From the IMG/VR virus record IMGVR_UViG_3300032242_001280: 64,000 nt of DNA; one strand, written 5' to 3'. Both the position numbers and the translations under genes were made by a program. Below the pieces are notes generated by a model. The model searched no databases, was not told the DNA's origin, and worked only from the letters and a program-made list of their open reading frames with translations. Origin of the DNA: a virus. How positions within the stretch are numbered: position 1 is the first letter of the stretch; each line of letters starts with the position of its first letter. This document shows, in pieces, positions 28,953 through 38,767 of the stretch.

Positions 28953-29254
28953 TAATGATTACTTATAATGTACTGAACGATGATTTCACTTAACCGCTCA
29001 CCTAATTCTTCACTATCATTGATAACATGCAGTTCATTAAGACCACGATCTTTACGGTCATCATACCGATGAAACTCTACGATATATCCACCATTAGCAA
29101 CATGCAGTTTCATATTGATACCATCAGCACCAATTTTGTTTGAACTTATTGGTCTTATATTCTCGCCAGTATATATCAAGTTGTGTTGTGCTTTTTGTGT
29201 TTCTTCCCAAGCCCGTTTTGATTGCCGTTGAAACCATTTATCAAACCACCTCAT
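28952..29254 (-). CDS. Hypothetical protein
   Basis: ANGGYIVEF..YD..DR...LHVI motif. Confidence 0.65.
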   Translation of the reverse strand: MRWFDKWFQRQSKRAWEETQKAQHNLIYTGENIRPISSNKIGADGINMKLHVANGGYIVEFHRYDDRKDRGLNELHVINDSEELGERLSEIIVQYIISNH

Positions 29255-29598
29255 TGGAACCGCCTTTCAATATCATCTTCTTCACAAGCCTCGCCATATT
29301 GCGTTTCAATAATAACAAGTGGTTCCTTGCCAATATTAATAACTTGGTGCCAGTTACCAACTGAAATTTTAATAGTTTCACCTGCCTGTAAAACTTCGGT
29401 TCGGTCATTGTACATTGTATCGCTATGATTTGTAACAACTCTAGCAACACCACTTTGCACAACCCAAAACTCACTGCGCTTTTTATGCTTTTGATAACTC
29501 AAGCAATGACTTGGTTTAACAACCAGTTCTTTTACTTTTACATTTCCAGTATCATGAAGGACTGTAAAATGTCCCCAAATTCTTCCTTCACTAATCAT
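29251..29598 (-). CDS. Cupin protein, mannose-6-phosphate isomerase type II C-terminal domain
   Basis: WGHFTVL, KVKELVVKP..LSYQKH..RSEFWVV..G, WHQ..N, IIETQYG..EDDIER. Confidence 0.85.
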   Translation of the reverse strand: MISEGRIWGHFTVLHDTGNVKVKELVVKPSHCLSYQKHKKRSEFWVVQSGVARVVTNHSDTMYNDRTEVLQAGETIKISVGNWHQVINIGKEPLVIIETQYGEACEEDDIERRFQ

Positions 29599-29896
29599 CG
29601 TATTTTTCTTTCTGCATAGGAAGCTTCATAGCAGCAAAAGCTGCAGCTTCATTACTATTGAATTGTATATGAACTTTATCTAACCCGCAAGTTAAAAATG
29701 TAAAATCTTCGCCGTATTTGTAACCTGCTTCGCCCATAGCATTACAGATAACACAAGCGGCTTCAACATCACGATAGTTTGCATTTAACGCACCGCCATA
29801 TGACCAATCACCAGGATCAATCATATAACCATTTGATATAGGTCTTTGAGTAAGAGATTTACTTGGAAATTCAAGTATTAAGGGTTTTTTTAACAT
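29591..29896 (-). CDS. Hypothetical protein
   Basis: Paralogous C-terminus to 29890-30156. Confidence 0.6.
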   Translation of the reverse strand: MLKKPLILEFPSKSLTQRPISNGYMIDPGDWSYGGALNANYRDVEAACVICNAMGEAGYKYGEDFTFLTCGLDKVHIQFNSNEAAAFAAMKLPMQKEKYDD

Positions 29897-30156
29897 GCAT
29901 ATGCCAACATAAAAAAACTTACATGCTGTTCATCGGCAAACATAACTGGTAATTCTGTACCATTATCAAGTTGAAGAAATACATAATCTTGACCATTACG
30001 CAACCCATGATGATTAAAAATTTCTTTTAATTGAGACATCGCTATATTGCGTTTATTCCACAGCCCATATCTAGGCGTATTATTTAATTTTGCAAGTGGA
30101 AATCTTGCTATTTTATTTTCGTCTTTGTTATAGACTGAAACATCTAGGTTTGGCAC
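29890..30156 (-). CDS. Hypothetical protein
   Basis: GTG start; paralog of the downstream gene. Confidence 0.55.
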   Translation of the reverse strand: MPNLDVSVYNKDENKIARFPLAKLNNTPRYGLWNKRNIAMSQLKEIFNHHGLRNGQDYVFLQLDNGTELPVMFADEQHVSFFMLAYAC

Positions 30157-30172
30157 TGGCAGAACCTATTAA

Positions 30173-30391
30173 TTAATGTGAAGTATTGTGACTAGATTCT
30201 ACAATTAATGCAGCATCTAGTTCCCAGTTATTTCGAATATATTCACCACGCCGTACTTTTTCGTATTGACCATACGGAGTGTTGCGACGGTAAAGGTCTG
30301 CCTCATTAAAGACAAACCCATATTCACGGCAGAAATTGCGATATGCATCCAAATCATTGAATACACGGTTTACAGTTGAATTACGAATCAT
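30173..30391 (-). CDS. Conserved phage hypothetical protein
   Basis: VFNDLDAYRNFCREYGFVFNEADLY. Confidence 0.7.
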   Translation of the reverse strand: MIRNSTVNRVFNDLDAYRNFCREYGFVFNEADLYRRNTPYGQYEKVRRGEYIRNNWELDAALIVESSHNTSH

Positions 30392-30453
30392 TTGTTTCTC
30401 TTTTTTCTAGAGGTTAATATTATTATGGAACTGCCAGTGCCATAGTTCTTATA

Positions 30454-31134
30454 TTAGTCTGATTTCTTTTCTTTGTCAATATAATTTTTTTCTATATTGG
30501 CAATAGAAATTTCATCATTGAAATTGTTTTTTACTTTTATATCTGTGTATACTTCAATTATGCGTTTCAAATTTTTTACCATTAAAAATTTATCTACTGA
30601 CATTTTTTTAACCGTTGAAAGTTTTAAATTTAAATTTGCATTTACATTAATAGTTTTAAAAAAATTAATTTCATCCCCTATACAATCATTATAATTTATA
30701 ATATATTTTTCAACATTAAGGTCTTTGTAAATTTCAAAAATATTAGAGTAAAAATAATCAAATTCTTTTACTTTATTAATAAATTTGTAAAGATTGATAT
30801 TAAATCTTAAACCTTCAAATTGTTTCTTATATAACATTTCTTCTATTTTTGAATGTAATGTATATATTTTGGTTTCTTGTGCCACACATTGACTTATTAC
30901 CGATTCTAATATTGATCGTGTAGTTAGTAATAAAACAAAATCTGATGGAATTTTTTCAACAATTTTTATTTGATGAGTATGCTGAATAGGAAAAGACCAA
31001 TCTGGTGCAAGAAGGTCTTGTGAATAAAATACATTATTGTTCAATGACAAATAATTTTTAAAATACTCATTTAGTAGATGAGTAAAATATATGCTGCCAG
31101 TTCTTGATATTCCATATACAAGGTATTTTTTCAT
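30454..31134 (-). CDS. Sulfotransferase-like P-loop protein (very AT-rich)
   Basis: YGISRTGS (5'-PAPS-binding-like loop), HTH, R..LESVIS (3'-PB-like), INYND. Confidence 0.55.
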   Translation of the reverse strand: MKKYLVYGISRTGSIYFTHLLNEYFKNYLSLNNNVFYSQDLLAPDWSFPIQHTHQIKIVEKIPSDFVLLLTTRSILESVISQCVAQETKIYTLHSKIEEMLYKKQFEGLRFNINLYKFINKVKEFDYFYSNIFEIYKDLNVEKYIINYNDCIGDEINFFKTINVNANLNLKLSTVKKMSVDKFLMVKNLKRIIEVYTDIKVKNNFNDEISIANIEKNYIDKEKKSD

Positions 31135-31442
31135 CTTTTGTCAAGTAAATTATTATAGTGATCAATTGCTGCTTGTAGTTTAGGAATATCCTTCTTATCT
31201 ACAATTACATCATTCCAAATCAAGTCTGCGCTAAAAACATACTTTAGCGCAGCCCAAACTCGTTTGAAAAATGAACGATAATTTGAAGCTTGAACATTCA
31301 CAATAAAATCTGGTTTATAGGGCAGATTATCGCCCCAATCAAAAACTTGAACAATAATAGTATGTTCAGGGGAATGGCATTCACAAGAAAGAAATACCGT
31401 TAAGTCATCATGCTTTTCTGCTATATCTTCAATTGTGCTCAT
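31131..31442 (-). CDS. Hypothetical protein
   Basis: CECHSPEH motif; FFKRVWAALKYVF. Confidence 0.6.
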   Translation of the reverse strand: MSTIEDIAEKHDDLTVFLSCECHSPEHTIIVQVFDWGDNLPYKPDFIVNVQASNYRSFFKRVWAALKYVFSADLIWNDVIVDKKDIPKLQAAIDHYNNLLDKR

Positions 31443-31444
31443 TG

Positions 31445-32173
31445 TTATGCCTTTGCGGGTAACAGATATTCATATTTAATAAGACCGCTATCAACCATAA
31501 TCTGTGCTACACCATCATCGCTGAATTGAACAATCTTGTCGCCCTGCAGGTTCAAGATGCTTAAGAACAACCCAACTGGCCAACTCCAAGTTTTTAGTAA
31601 CTTACCAGTTACTGCACTTTGGAATACAAAGTTACCTGCGTGTGTAGAATGGTCGCCAAAATAGAACTTAAGATCACCGTTTTCTGTCTTGGCAGTAAAC
31701 ATCTTTTCTTCGCTGTTAGCCTGAGATTGAAACTTCAGTCTGGTAATATTTATTACAGTTGGTTCAAAAGTAATATTCCAAGTAGCGCCTTTAAACTTAG
31801 GCGTTTTAAGTTTCTCATTTACCATTTCAGTAGACATAAAACGATAATCGTTTTTGAAATCACCTGCGGCATTTTCAAAATGCAATCCAGTAGGAACTGT
31901 TGTTCCGTTTCGTTCTTGTGTCACGAGAGTGATGTTTGCATTTTCTTTATATTCGGGAATATTAAGAATAGTACTAAGCTTAGCTAGATTTGGCATACCA
32001 AATGTGCCATTAAAACTAGGATTAACTGTATTAAACTTTGCTCTAACAATTACTTCGCGTTGTTCACTGACGCTATCAATAGCCGTTGCAGTATCATCGC
32101 CAGTAATCTTTACCGTGTCTATGATACCTAATGCTTGCGTGTGGGAAACGATATCTGTAAGAAAATCTTTCAT
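31445..32173 (-). CDS. Putative sliding clamp / polymerase processivity factor
   Basis: 242 aa, beta-rich two-domain size, ends YEYLLPA like T4 gp45/PCNA; near the DNA polymerase; promoter TTGACT-17-TATAAT at 32193-32221. Confidence 0.55.
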   Translation of the reverse strand: MKDFLTDIVSHTQALGIIDTVKITGDDTATAIDSVSEQREVIVRAKFNTVNPSFNGTFGMPNLAKLSTILNIPEYKENANITLVTQERNGTTVPTGLHFENAAGDFKNDYRFMSTEMVNEKLKTPKFKGATWNITFEPTVINITRLKFQSQANSEEKMFTAKTENGDLKFYFGDHSTHAGNFVFQSAVTGKLLKTWSWPVGLFLSILNLQGDKIVQFSDDGVAQIMVDSGLIKYEYLLPAKA

Positions 32174-32210
32174 CTGTTTTTACCTTTTCTATATTATACT
32201 CTTGTTATTA

Positions 32211-33059
32211 TTACAAGTCAATAATTTCTGCAATACCACCAGCTATTTTTAATTTATCGTCGGGTATGCCTGGTTTTTTTACTTTTATATAGCTTGCCTT
32301 AGTTTGACGAATTGATACTTGTTCTAGTTCCCAACCTTGTTTTTCTAATTCATTTATTACCATTTGTTGATCAATAGTTGAAAATTCAAATCGTTGGTTG
32401 TGACCGATAGCCCACGGTTCGTCATTTGGTAGAAAATTAAATACAAATTTTCCACCTTCACTTAAAAGATTATATACTAATTTACTCCAAGCTAAAATAT
32501 ATTTTTCATCTGCAAAGAAAAATTCATTAAAGCAATATACTAATTTAAACACGCCTTGCGGAAGACTGCGCAAGCTAAAATAATCTACTTTATATTTTCG
32601 CAATCTACGATCTACATAAAAGTTATTTTGCAAACTTTCTGCTGCGCTATCGCATACTTCTATAAACCTATCAGCAATATATAGCGGTTCAGCAGCTAGC
32701 GCAAATTCTAAAAACTGCCCAGAGCCTGGAAACAATTCTAAAGTTGGAGCATTAAATGAACTTTCACCAGCTAACGCTCCTGATAGAAATTCTAAATCGC
32801 TGTCATTGAATTTATTCAGTTCAATAAATGATCTTCGTGTCTCTAGTGTTTGGTGCTTAAGTTTATCGCATATTGTCTGGTTGTTGATAGCTAACACTTG
32901 CTTGTCATATGCTAAGCTAACATTCATTTTTTCTAAGACTGTATCTAATAAATTAGCAATCTCAGTATATTGATCGCCAACTTCGCGATGGTGGTCTCTG
33001 GCTTTTTTTAAATTATTATAGTAAGTTTGTTTTTCTAACAAGTGCATATTAGAACTCAA
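32211..33059 (-). CDS. Class I SAM-dependent methyltransferase-like protein
   Basis: LELFPGSGQF, YIAD, LPQGVFKLVY, LLSEGGKFVF. Confidence 0.55.
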   Translation of the reverse strand: MSSNMHLLEKQTYYNNLKKARDHHREVGDQYTEIANLLDTVLEKMNVSLAYDKQVLAINNQTICDKLKHQTLETRRSFIELNKFNDSDLEFLSGALAGESSFNAPTLELFPGSGQFLEFALAAEPLYIADRFIEVCDSAAESLQNNFYVDRRLRKYKVDYFSLRSLPQGVFKLVYCFNEFFFADEKYILAWSKLVYNLLSEGGKFVFNFLPNDEPWAIGHNQRFEFSTIDQQMVINELEKQGWELEQVSIRQTKASYIKVKKPGIPDDKLKIAGGIAEIIDL

Positions 33060-35706
33060 ACAAATTTGTAAAAGTGTTTGTGATGTTTGTATGTGAACTA
33101 ATATCCCAATCTAGCACACCTAGTAGATTGTCTACCTTTTGTGTTACGATTGTATCTTCCATTTCTTGTTGGTCAAACGGCAAATCCTTAAACCATTGAG
33201 GTATACGAGATTCGTCTGTTGGGTAACCAATACTAGTTAAACCAAGTGGATTATCTTTGAGTTTGCATACAACGGTTTTCATACCATCTACAACTTCAAG
33301 ACTGCGAGAATCACTATGCATTTTGCGTAGATTATTCCAGTTAATCGCTGCACGAACATGGCCTGGCATGTTTGCTCTGCCTTGGCGTTTTTCTAAATCG
33401 CCATAGTATGTTAACTTATTAACACGCTTTGGTGTACCTTTCTCCCAACTTGGAAGATTTTTAAATGTGTACTTGAAAGCACGAACATGTTTAATAATTT
33501 CATCTCTATCTGCTCCATCAAGCACTTTCTTTAGTACATCACTTAGGAAATCCTGTACAATCTTTGGAGTATCCGACCGTTTAAGATCAAGCCCCATTGC
33601 TTTTAATTTGCCTGTCTTACCATCTTTATCAAGGCGGTTTCCTTCCAAATCATAGATTAACACAGCATAGCGTTTCTTGGTGATAAACAACCCACGAGAT
33701 GCTACAAGTTCACGACCACCCTTGATGATAGAACCAAGTTCTGGCGTAGTATGAAATGCTTCGTACATAAACTTTGGAAAAGTTAGATTGACCTGTTCAC
33801 CAATAGAATCATATAACTGCACACAGATTTCCTTGTTCCATTCCATCTTGCCGCTTTTGACATCGTTTTTGATTGCTGGCCAAGCAGAGAAGTAAACAGA
33901 ATCAGTATCGCCATAGATAATGCTTTCACCCACATGATCATATGATCCCATAATCAACTGATTAACTGTTGCATCCATGTGCTTGGCAATCGTGCGTCCG
34001 CATAGCGTTGTGCTTTGCCCAATGCGTTGGTCAAAGAAGCGACACCCTGCATTAAGAATAGCTCCATATAGTGAGTTCAAGTTAATCTTCTTAACCAACT
34101 GACGCTTATCCCAAAACGCAACTTCTTTTGGGTCTTTTGCTTCTTTCTTCTTAGCTTGCAATTCTTTGCGCTCGCTATACCAACGCTCAAGCAAGCTTGG
34201 AATAATGCCTTGATGCTCAAGATTGAAGATAGTTCCGTTGGCACTCAACGCCCATGGCGCATAGTTGTCAAATATCATGTCAAAGATTTGAGCAGCACTA
34301 TAAACTTCACTCTTGCCGTCTGTCCAATCTAGTGTAATCTCTGTGCCAACCTCGCGGTTCATAACTGCAGTATATTCCAGTGAAGAAAACAAACCTTCCC
34401 ATGCAGCAGCAAGTGACTTACCTTCATCGGTCTTGGATTTTAGATGCGCTTCTGTCATAATAGGACGCAGTTGACCAATAATTGTTTCTGGTCCCATGTT
34501 GAGTGCACGAATTACAGATGGATACAGTGAGTTAATGTCAATTGCACCAATCCAATCATGCAATCCTTTTTTAGGATATGCAACATAAGCGCCAGCAACT
34601 TGTGTATTGATTTCATCACTGCGTGGACGACGATTGGGAACTACCATGCCACGGCGATGCGCTTCATTGATAATTGCTTGATCTGTTACAGCAACTGCAC
34701 CCATAGTTGTTTGCAGCAACACTGTGTTATCGTGCGCAATTTCATTTGCTAACTCAAGAAAACGCAGTTTCTTGTCTAGTTTATTGAGAAGCGCGACATC
34801 TTGACGAGAATATTGAATAAATGTTTCGTAGTCGCGATTATATAACTGGTCAAGAGACCCTTCGTATGCGGTCTTGCGCTCATTTAATTCATATTCGCCA
34901 ATAGCATCAAGGCTGTAAGAATGACGCTCTTCATATGTATACTTTTGATAAAGCAACATATAATCTAGATGCACTCGTCCTACTAGATCATATGTGTGGC
35001 TAGTCTTGCCGTATTTTTCATATTCTCGTTCTTTTGGAAATTGATTCCACAAACAGAATCGACGAGTATCGTCTTTGCTTAGTACACGCGCAACACGGTT
35101 AACAGTATAAGGAATATCAAATCCTTCACTATTCCACCCACTTAACACATCAGCATCTTCGATAAGTTCTAAAAATGTAAGAAGCAAATCACTTTCTTTT
35201 TCAAAGATAAAAGTGTTATCAAACTTAGTAGCAATTACATTTGCTTCATCTATTGTCATTGTTTTTGGCGGCATTGCCAGTGTGATTAATTGGTCTAGCC
35301 AATCAAGATATATTGTAATAGCAGTAATCTTAGTAAACGGATCATCTGGTGTGCTATATCCACGGACGCTATCAAAGTCCGTCTCAATATCGAAAAACGC
35401 TGTTTGTAGTTGTGGCGAGTCCTTGCCTAGATAGTTTTCTGCTAAACAACGAAATGTCTGATTAACATCAGATTCAAACAATCGCTTGTTAGCATGCGCT
35501 TTTAATTCATTGTGAAATTCACGACTGCTGCGACAGTTTACACGGCGAACAGGAGTGTCGTATATACTTTTGAAACTCCCGTTGCCATCTTCATAGTAAA
35601 ATACATAATTTATTGGATAATCTTTATAGATGCGCTTGCCATCTACTCGTTCTACAACGAATACTTTTTCATTCTTTCGGTCAAGTAATGCATCTACATA
35701 TGCCAT
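33049..35706 (-). CDS. Family B DNA polymerase with 3'-5' exonuclease
   Basis: FFDIET, GWNSEGFDIPY, DINSLYPS, KINLNSLYG, YGDTDS, KKRY. Confidence 0.97.
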   Translation of the reverse strand: MAYVDALLDRKNEKVFVVERVDGKRIYKDYPINYVFYYEDGNGSFKSIYDTPVRRVNCRSSREFHNELKAHANKRLFESDVNQTFRCLAENYLGKDSPQLQTAFFDIETDFDSVRGYSTPDDPFTKITAITIYLDWLDQLITLAMPPKTMTIDEANVIATKFDNTFIFEKESDLLLTFLELIEDADVLSGWNSEGFDIPYTVNRVARVLSKDDTRRFCLWNQFPKEREYEKYGKTSHTYDLVGRVHLDYMLLYQKYTYEERHSYSLDAIGEYELNERKTAYEGSLDQLYNRDYETFIQYSRQDVALLNKLDKKLRFLELANEIAHDNTVLLQTTMGAVAVTDQAIINEAHRRGMVVPNRRPRSDEINTQVAGAYVAYPKKGLHDWIGAIDINSLYPSVIRALNMGPETIIGQLRPIMTEAHLKSKTDEGKSLAAAWEGLFSSLEYTAVMNREVGTEITLDWTDGKSEVYSAAQIFDMIFDNYAPWALSANGTIFNLEHQGIIPSLLERWYSERKELQAKKKEAKDPKEVAFWDKRQLVKKINLNSLYGAILNAGCRFFDQRIGQSTTLCGRTIAKHMDATVNQLIMGSYDHVGESIIYGDTDSVYFSAWPAIKNDVKSGKMEWNKEICVQLYDSIGEQVNLTFPKFMYEAFHTTPELGSIIKGGRELVASRGLFITKKRYAVLIYDLEGNRLDKDGKTGKLKAMGLDLKRSDTPKIVQDFLSDVLKKVLDGADRDEIIKHVRAFKYTFKNLPSWEKGTPKRVNKLTYYGDLEKRQGRANMPGHVRAAINWNNLRKMHSDSRSLEVVDGMKTVVCKLKDNPLGLTSIGYPTDESRIPQWFKDLPFDQQEMEDTIVTQKVDNLLGVLDWDISSHTNITNTFTNLFEF

Positions 35707-35709
35707 TTA

Positions 35710-35976
35710 TTATTCGCTATCCAAATTGTTAGTGCTGTTAAGAATGCTTTCAATGATATCAAGGTCTTCACGCGCCTTGTCAAAGTCACGCTTCTGTGCC
35801 ATCTTAATTGCTTTCTTAAGCAGATTTGGCTTGATATTCATTTCTTCTGCAATTGCAGCAATAGTATCGTTAAGTCCACCTGTCAAAACCTCTACTTCGG
35901 TCATTACAGACATGCTTTCGCTCATTAATTGCTTAAGTTTCGTGCGTTCCTCTGCATTAAAATTTCTAGTCGCCAC
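35710..35976 (-). CDS. DsbA/GapR-like dsDNA-binding protein
   Basis: 88-aa helical protein (IAEEMNIKPNLLKKAIKMAQK) beside the polymerase. Confidence 0.55.
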   Translation of the reverse strand: MATRNFNAEERTKLKQLMSESMSVMTEVEVLTGGLNDTIAAIAEEMNIKPNLLKKAIKMAQKRDFDKAREDLDIIESILNSTNNLDSE

Positions 35977-36412
35977 TTTCTTCTCCTTGCTTGTAAAGTT
36001 CTAATAGGGTATGGTATTGTTCATATGCATCCTTTAGCGTAGGATACTTTTCTGTGAAATATGGATCATCTGCGATAATCATCATCTTATCTGCAATCAT
36101 CATAACAGTTTTATATAATTTATCAAGATTTATTTCATTATGATTAGTTCTAATAATTGCATCACCTTTATCTTGTGGTGTAATTTGCAATTCTTTACTA
36201 GTTATTGATACTGTTGGGCTTACAGTAGACCAATTCATAGAACCAGTATTTGATAGATATCCAGTGCCGCCATTGCCTCCACTTGAAACAATTCCTACTG
36301 AATAAGAACTTGAACCAACTGCGCCGATTGCGGGTGTATATGTAGTTGAACCAGCGGCACCAATTGTAGTATAAACTGTATTAGATGGATTTTGGACGGT
36401 TTTGGCGGTCAT
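35966..36412 (-). CDS. Hypothetical protein with low-complexity N-terminus
   Basis: Ser/Thr/Gly-rich N-terminus; KYPTLKDAYEQY. Confidence 0.6.
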   Translation of the reverse strand: MTAKTVQNPSNTVYTTIGAAGSTTYTPAIGAVGSSSYSVGIVSSGGNGGTGYLSNTGSMNWSTVSPTVSITSKELQITPQDKGDAIIRTNHNEINLDKLYKTVMMIADKMMIIADDPYFTEKYPTLKDAYEQYHTLLELYKQGEESGD

Positions 36413-36737
36413 GCTTTAATTTAGCAGCATAACGGTCTGGTGTCAATTTATATTTGGTAATAAATGCATTATGCAAGTCTTTTGGATCAATCTGAAATGC
36501 CATGCAAATGCTTTGCATTTCATGATCTATGCTATCATAATCTATTTTTTCTATTTCTGGCAATCTGCTAGCTAGTCTTGCAACTGCATTTTTCATATTG
36601 TTTGGTTCTGCGCTACGAACAATATTGTCATATTTCCAACGAGCAGCCATAAGACCACGGGCACCCGCACTTACTGGTCTACGGCCTTGGATGCCTACAC
36701 TCATCGCTGCTTCGGAAATAATCTCGTTAATTTTCAT
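36381..36737 (-). CDS. Putative head internal protein (CTS-like N-terminus MKINEIISE)
   Basis: Start moved to ATG 36737; YDSID..MQ.IC......LH..F..KY..TPD.Y domain. Confidence 0.6.
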   Translation of the reverse strand: MKINEIISEAAMSVGIQGRRPVSAGARGLMAARWKYDNIVRSAEPNNMKNAVARLASRLPEIEKIDYDSIDHEMQSICMAFQIDPKDLHNAFITKYKLTPDRYAAKLKHDRQNRPKSI

Positions 36738-36738
36738 T

Positions 36739-37689
36739 TTATGCTGTTCTAATCTTTTTAACAATTGCTGGTATAAAAAGTTTTTTAAGCAATTCAGAAC
36801 TATAAATTTCTAATGTTGCTTCTTTAAATTTTACCATTTCTTCTTTTGTAAATTCAAAGAATCCTGCGCATCTTGATTTACTTTCATCCACAAATGCTTC
36901 ACTATCTGTGATTGTTTCTTGACGCTCAGCCAATGCTGTTTTCTTAGCAGCATCTTTGAATAATTCCTTATCTTCGTTGGATAATGAATCCCAAAATTCA
37001 TTTGATATTACGATAGTTGTTAGAAATAAACTATGCTTTGTATTTGTAATATAAGGAGTTTTTTCTTTTACTCTGTCAAAGCGAACTAATGTTGTTTCAC
37101 CACCATCAAAATCAATATCTGGGTTCTCATCAAAGTGCACTGATAAATCATGTCCACTGCGATCCAATACAGGATTTGCTCCTAGAATATTATATATTTC
37201 TTCTGCAATAGGGCTTTCAGAACAACTAATTGTTTTTCCCTTAATATCTTCCAAATTCTTAATTGGTGAATTTGATACCATCACTCTAAATCCACCACTA
37301 TATGTAAATGCCAAGCCTCTAACTTTGGTGTTTTTGCTTAATAAATCAAGCAAATTTTCGCCAATTGAACCATCTAGTACTCTGGTTGCATGTGCATGAT
37401 CTTTAAATAAAAATGGTAAATCAAAAATGTGAAAATTTTTATATTTTGTACCAAGTGCAGTAGTTTGAAATTGCGCCATCTGAAAACGATTATTAACTAA
37501 ATCACTAAAAAATCCTCTTCTGTTAGCAGCATTTGGATCATTATAAAATTCTGATTTTGTTAAAATTGTTACATTGATTCTACCATTTGTTTGTTCTTCA
37601 ATAATATTCTTAAATGCATTTGCTGTTCTAAGAAATAAGTGCAGTGGTTCGTGTGCAACAACCCATGTTAAATTAACTTTCTCAGTCAT
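36739..37689 (-). CDS. dctP: TRAP transporter substrate-binding protein (DctP-like), no signal peptide
   Basis: F...IEEQTNGRINV, IFDLPFLFKD..HA.RVLDG.IG, GGFR, PIKNLEDIKG, LGANP, FWDSLS. Confidence 0.8.
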   Translation of the reverse strand: MTEKVNLTWVVAHEPLHLFLRTANAFKNIIEEQTNGRINVTILTKSEFYNDPNAANRRGFFSDLVNNRFQMAQFQTTALGTKYKNFHIFDLPFLFKDHAHATRVLDGSIGENLLDLLSKNTKVRGLAFTYSGGFRVMVSNSPIKNLEDIKGKTISCSESPIAEEIYNILGANPVLDRSGHDLSVHFDENPDIDFDGGETTLVRFDRVKEKTPYITNTKHSLFLTTIVISNEFWDSLSNEDKELFKDAAKKTALAERQETITDSEAFVDESKSRCAGFFEFTKEEMVKFKEATLEIYSSELLKKLFIPAIVKKIRTA

Positions 37690-37761
37690 ATGATATTCCT
37701 TGGCTTAATGTATTTATTACTAGTTTTTTTTCATGGACTAGTCTTATTAACTGATATATTA

Positions 37762-38553
37762 TTATTTACTTAACGCTAATATATTGTTTTTTATAATTGC
37801 ATTTATAATATTGGCTACACTTTGATGCGTTTTAATTCCTGGATGGTTATCTCGCCCAAAATCTTTCCATGCAATAAAATCTTTCATCTGATCGCTTTCA
37901 TACCATACAGGTTTGGAATAAAAACTTTCTACATTAAAGTTTATTTTAACAAAATTTGTACTAACTTGGATAACAGGTATATTATGCAATTTTGCCAATA
38001 GATCAACGGTTCGAACATACTCTAACAAATGCAATTCGCTGCAGTTTTGACTCCAGTATATCATATGATTTTGTTCTTCTTCAGTCATCTCATCAATCCA
38101 GCCAGGACCACGGGTAACACGAACATAATCATCTTTAGTAGGTACAGCATATGAAAACCTAGCACAGTCTGCCCACATAACTACCAGTAATTTAACATCG
38201 ATATTTTCACATGAACTGTTAAAAAATGAATTAATGTTGCGCATTATAGCAAGATTATCACCACCTGTGCTAGCAAAGCTAAAGTTTGTTAAATTATGTT
38301 TTTTTGCTACCAGATCACAGAAGCGCAATTCTACTGGTATACCTACGCCAACAGAAAAGCTAGGACCAAAACTTGCTAATGCTGGTGTATCTCTTTCTAA
38401 TTGAGGACCACGAAACCCGTAGTCGTTAAATTTATAATCAAAATCAGGTCCACGATAATTGCCATGCCAATTTCCTGCTCTATCTGGCCCATGATGCGGC
38501 GTTTGTTTTTTAGCAGTAGGCAGTATACAAGATATGTATTTTAGTTCTGGCAT
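37762..38553 (-). CDS. SGNH/GDSL-hydrolase-like protein
   Basis: YKFNDYGFRG, FGPSFSVG (block I), NF..GGDN, DNHPG..TH (block V). Confidence 0.55.
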   Translation of the reverse strand: MPELKYISCILPTAKKQTPHHGPDRAGNWHGNYRGPDFDYKFNDYGFRGPQLERDTPALASFGPSFSVGVGIPVELRFCDLVAKKHNLTNFSFASTGGDNLAIMRNINSFFNSSCENIDVKLLVVMWADCARFSYAVPTKDDYVRVTRGPGWIDEMTEEEQNHMIYWSQNCSELHLLEYVRTVDLLAKLHNIPVIQVSTNFVKINFNVESFYSKPVWYESDQMKDFIAWKDFGRDNHPGIKTHQSVANIINAIIKNNILALSK

Positions 38554-38762
38554 TATACTTTGCCGTCTGACCTTAATTGAGGAGGACGCCCAAGTTTGTC
38601 TGTTTTGTTACCAAACTTAGCTGCTTGCTTTTGTGTTTCACCTGGATGGATATCGACCGTTAGCGCATTGGCATAACGAGGGTCTTTTGCAGCCTTCTTA
38701 GTAGCAGGAACTACACCAACACCAGCGGCTTCATCGAGGTCAAATAATTCAGTTAATAACAT
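38553..38762 (-). CDS. Putative head internal peptide (MLLTELFDLDE leader)
   Basis: Acidic leader followed by a basic peptide. Confidence 0.55.
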   Translation of the reverse strand: MLLTELFDLDEAAGVGVVPATKKAAKDPRYANALTVDIHPGETQKQAAKFGNKTDKLGRPPQLRSDGKV

Positions 38763-38767
38763 TCAAA

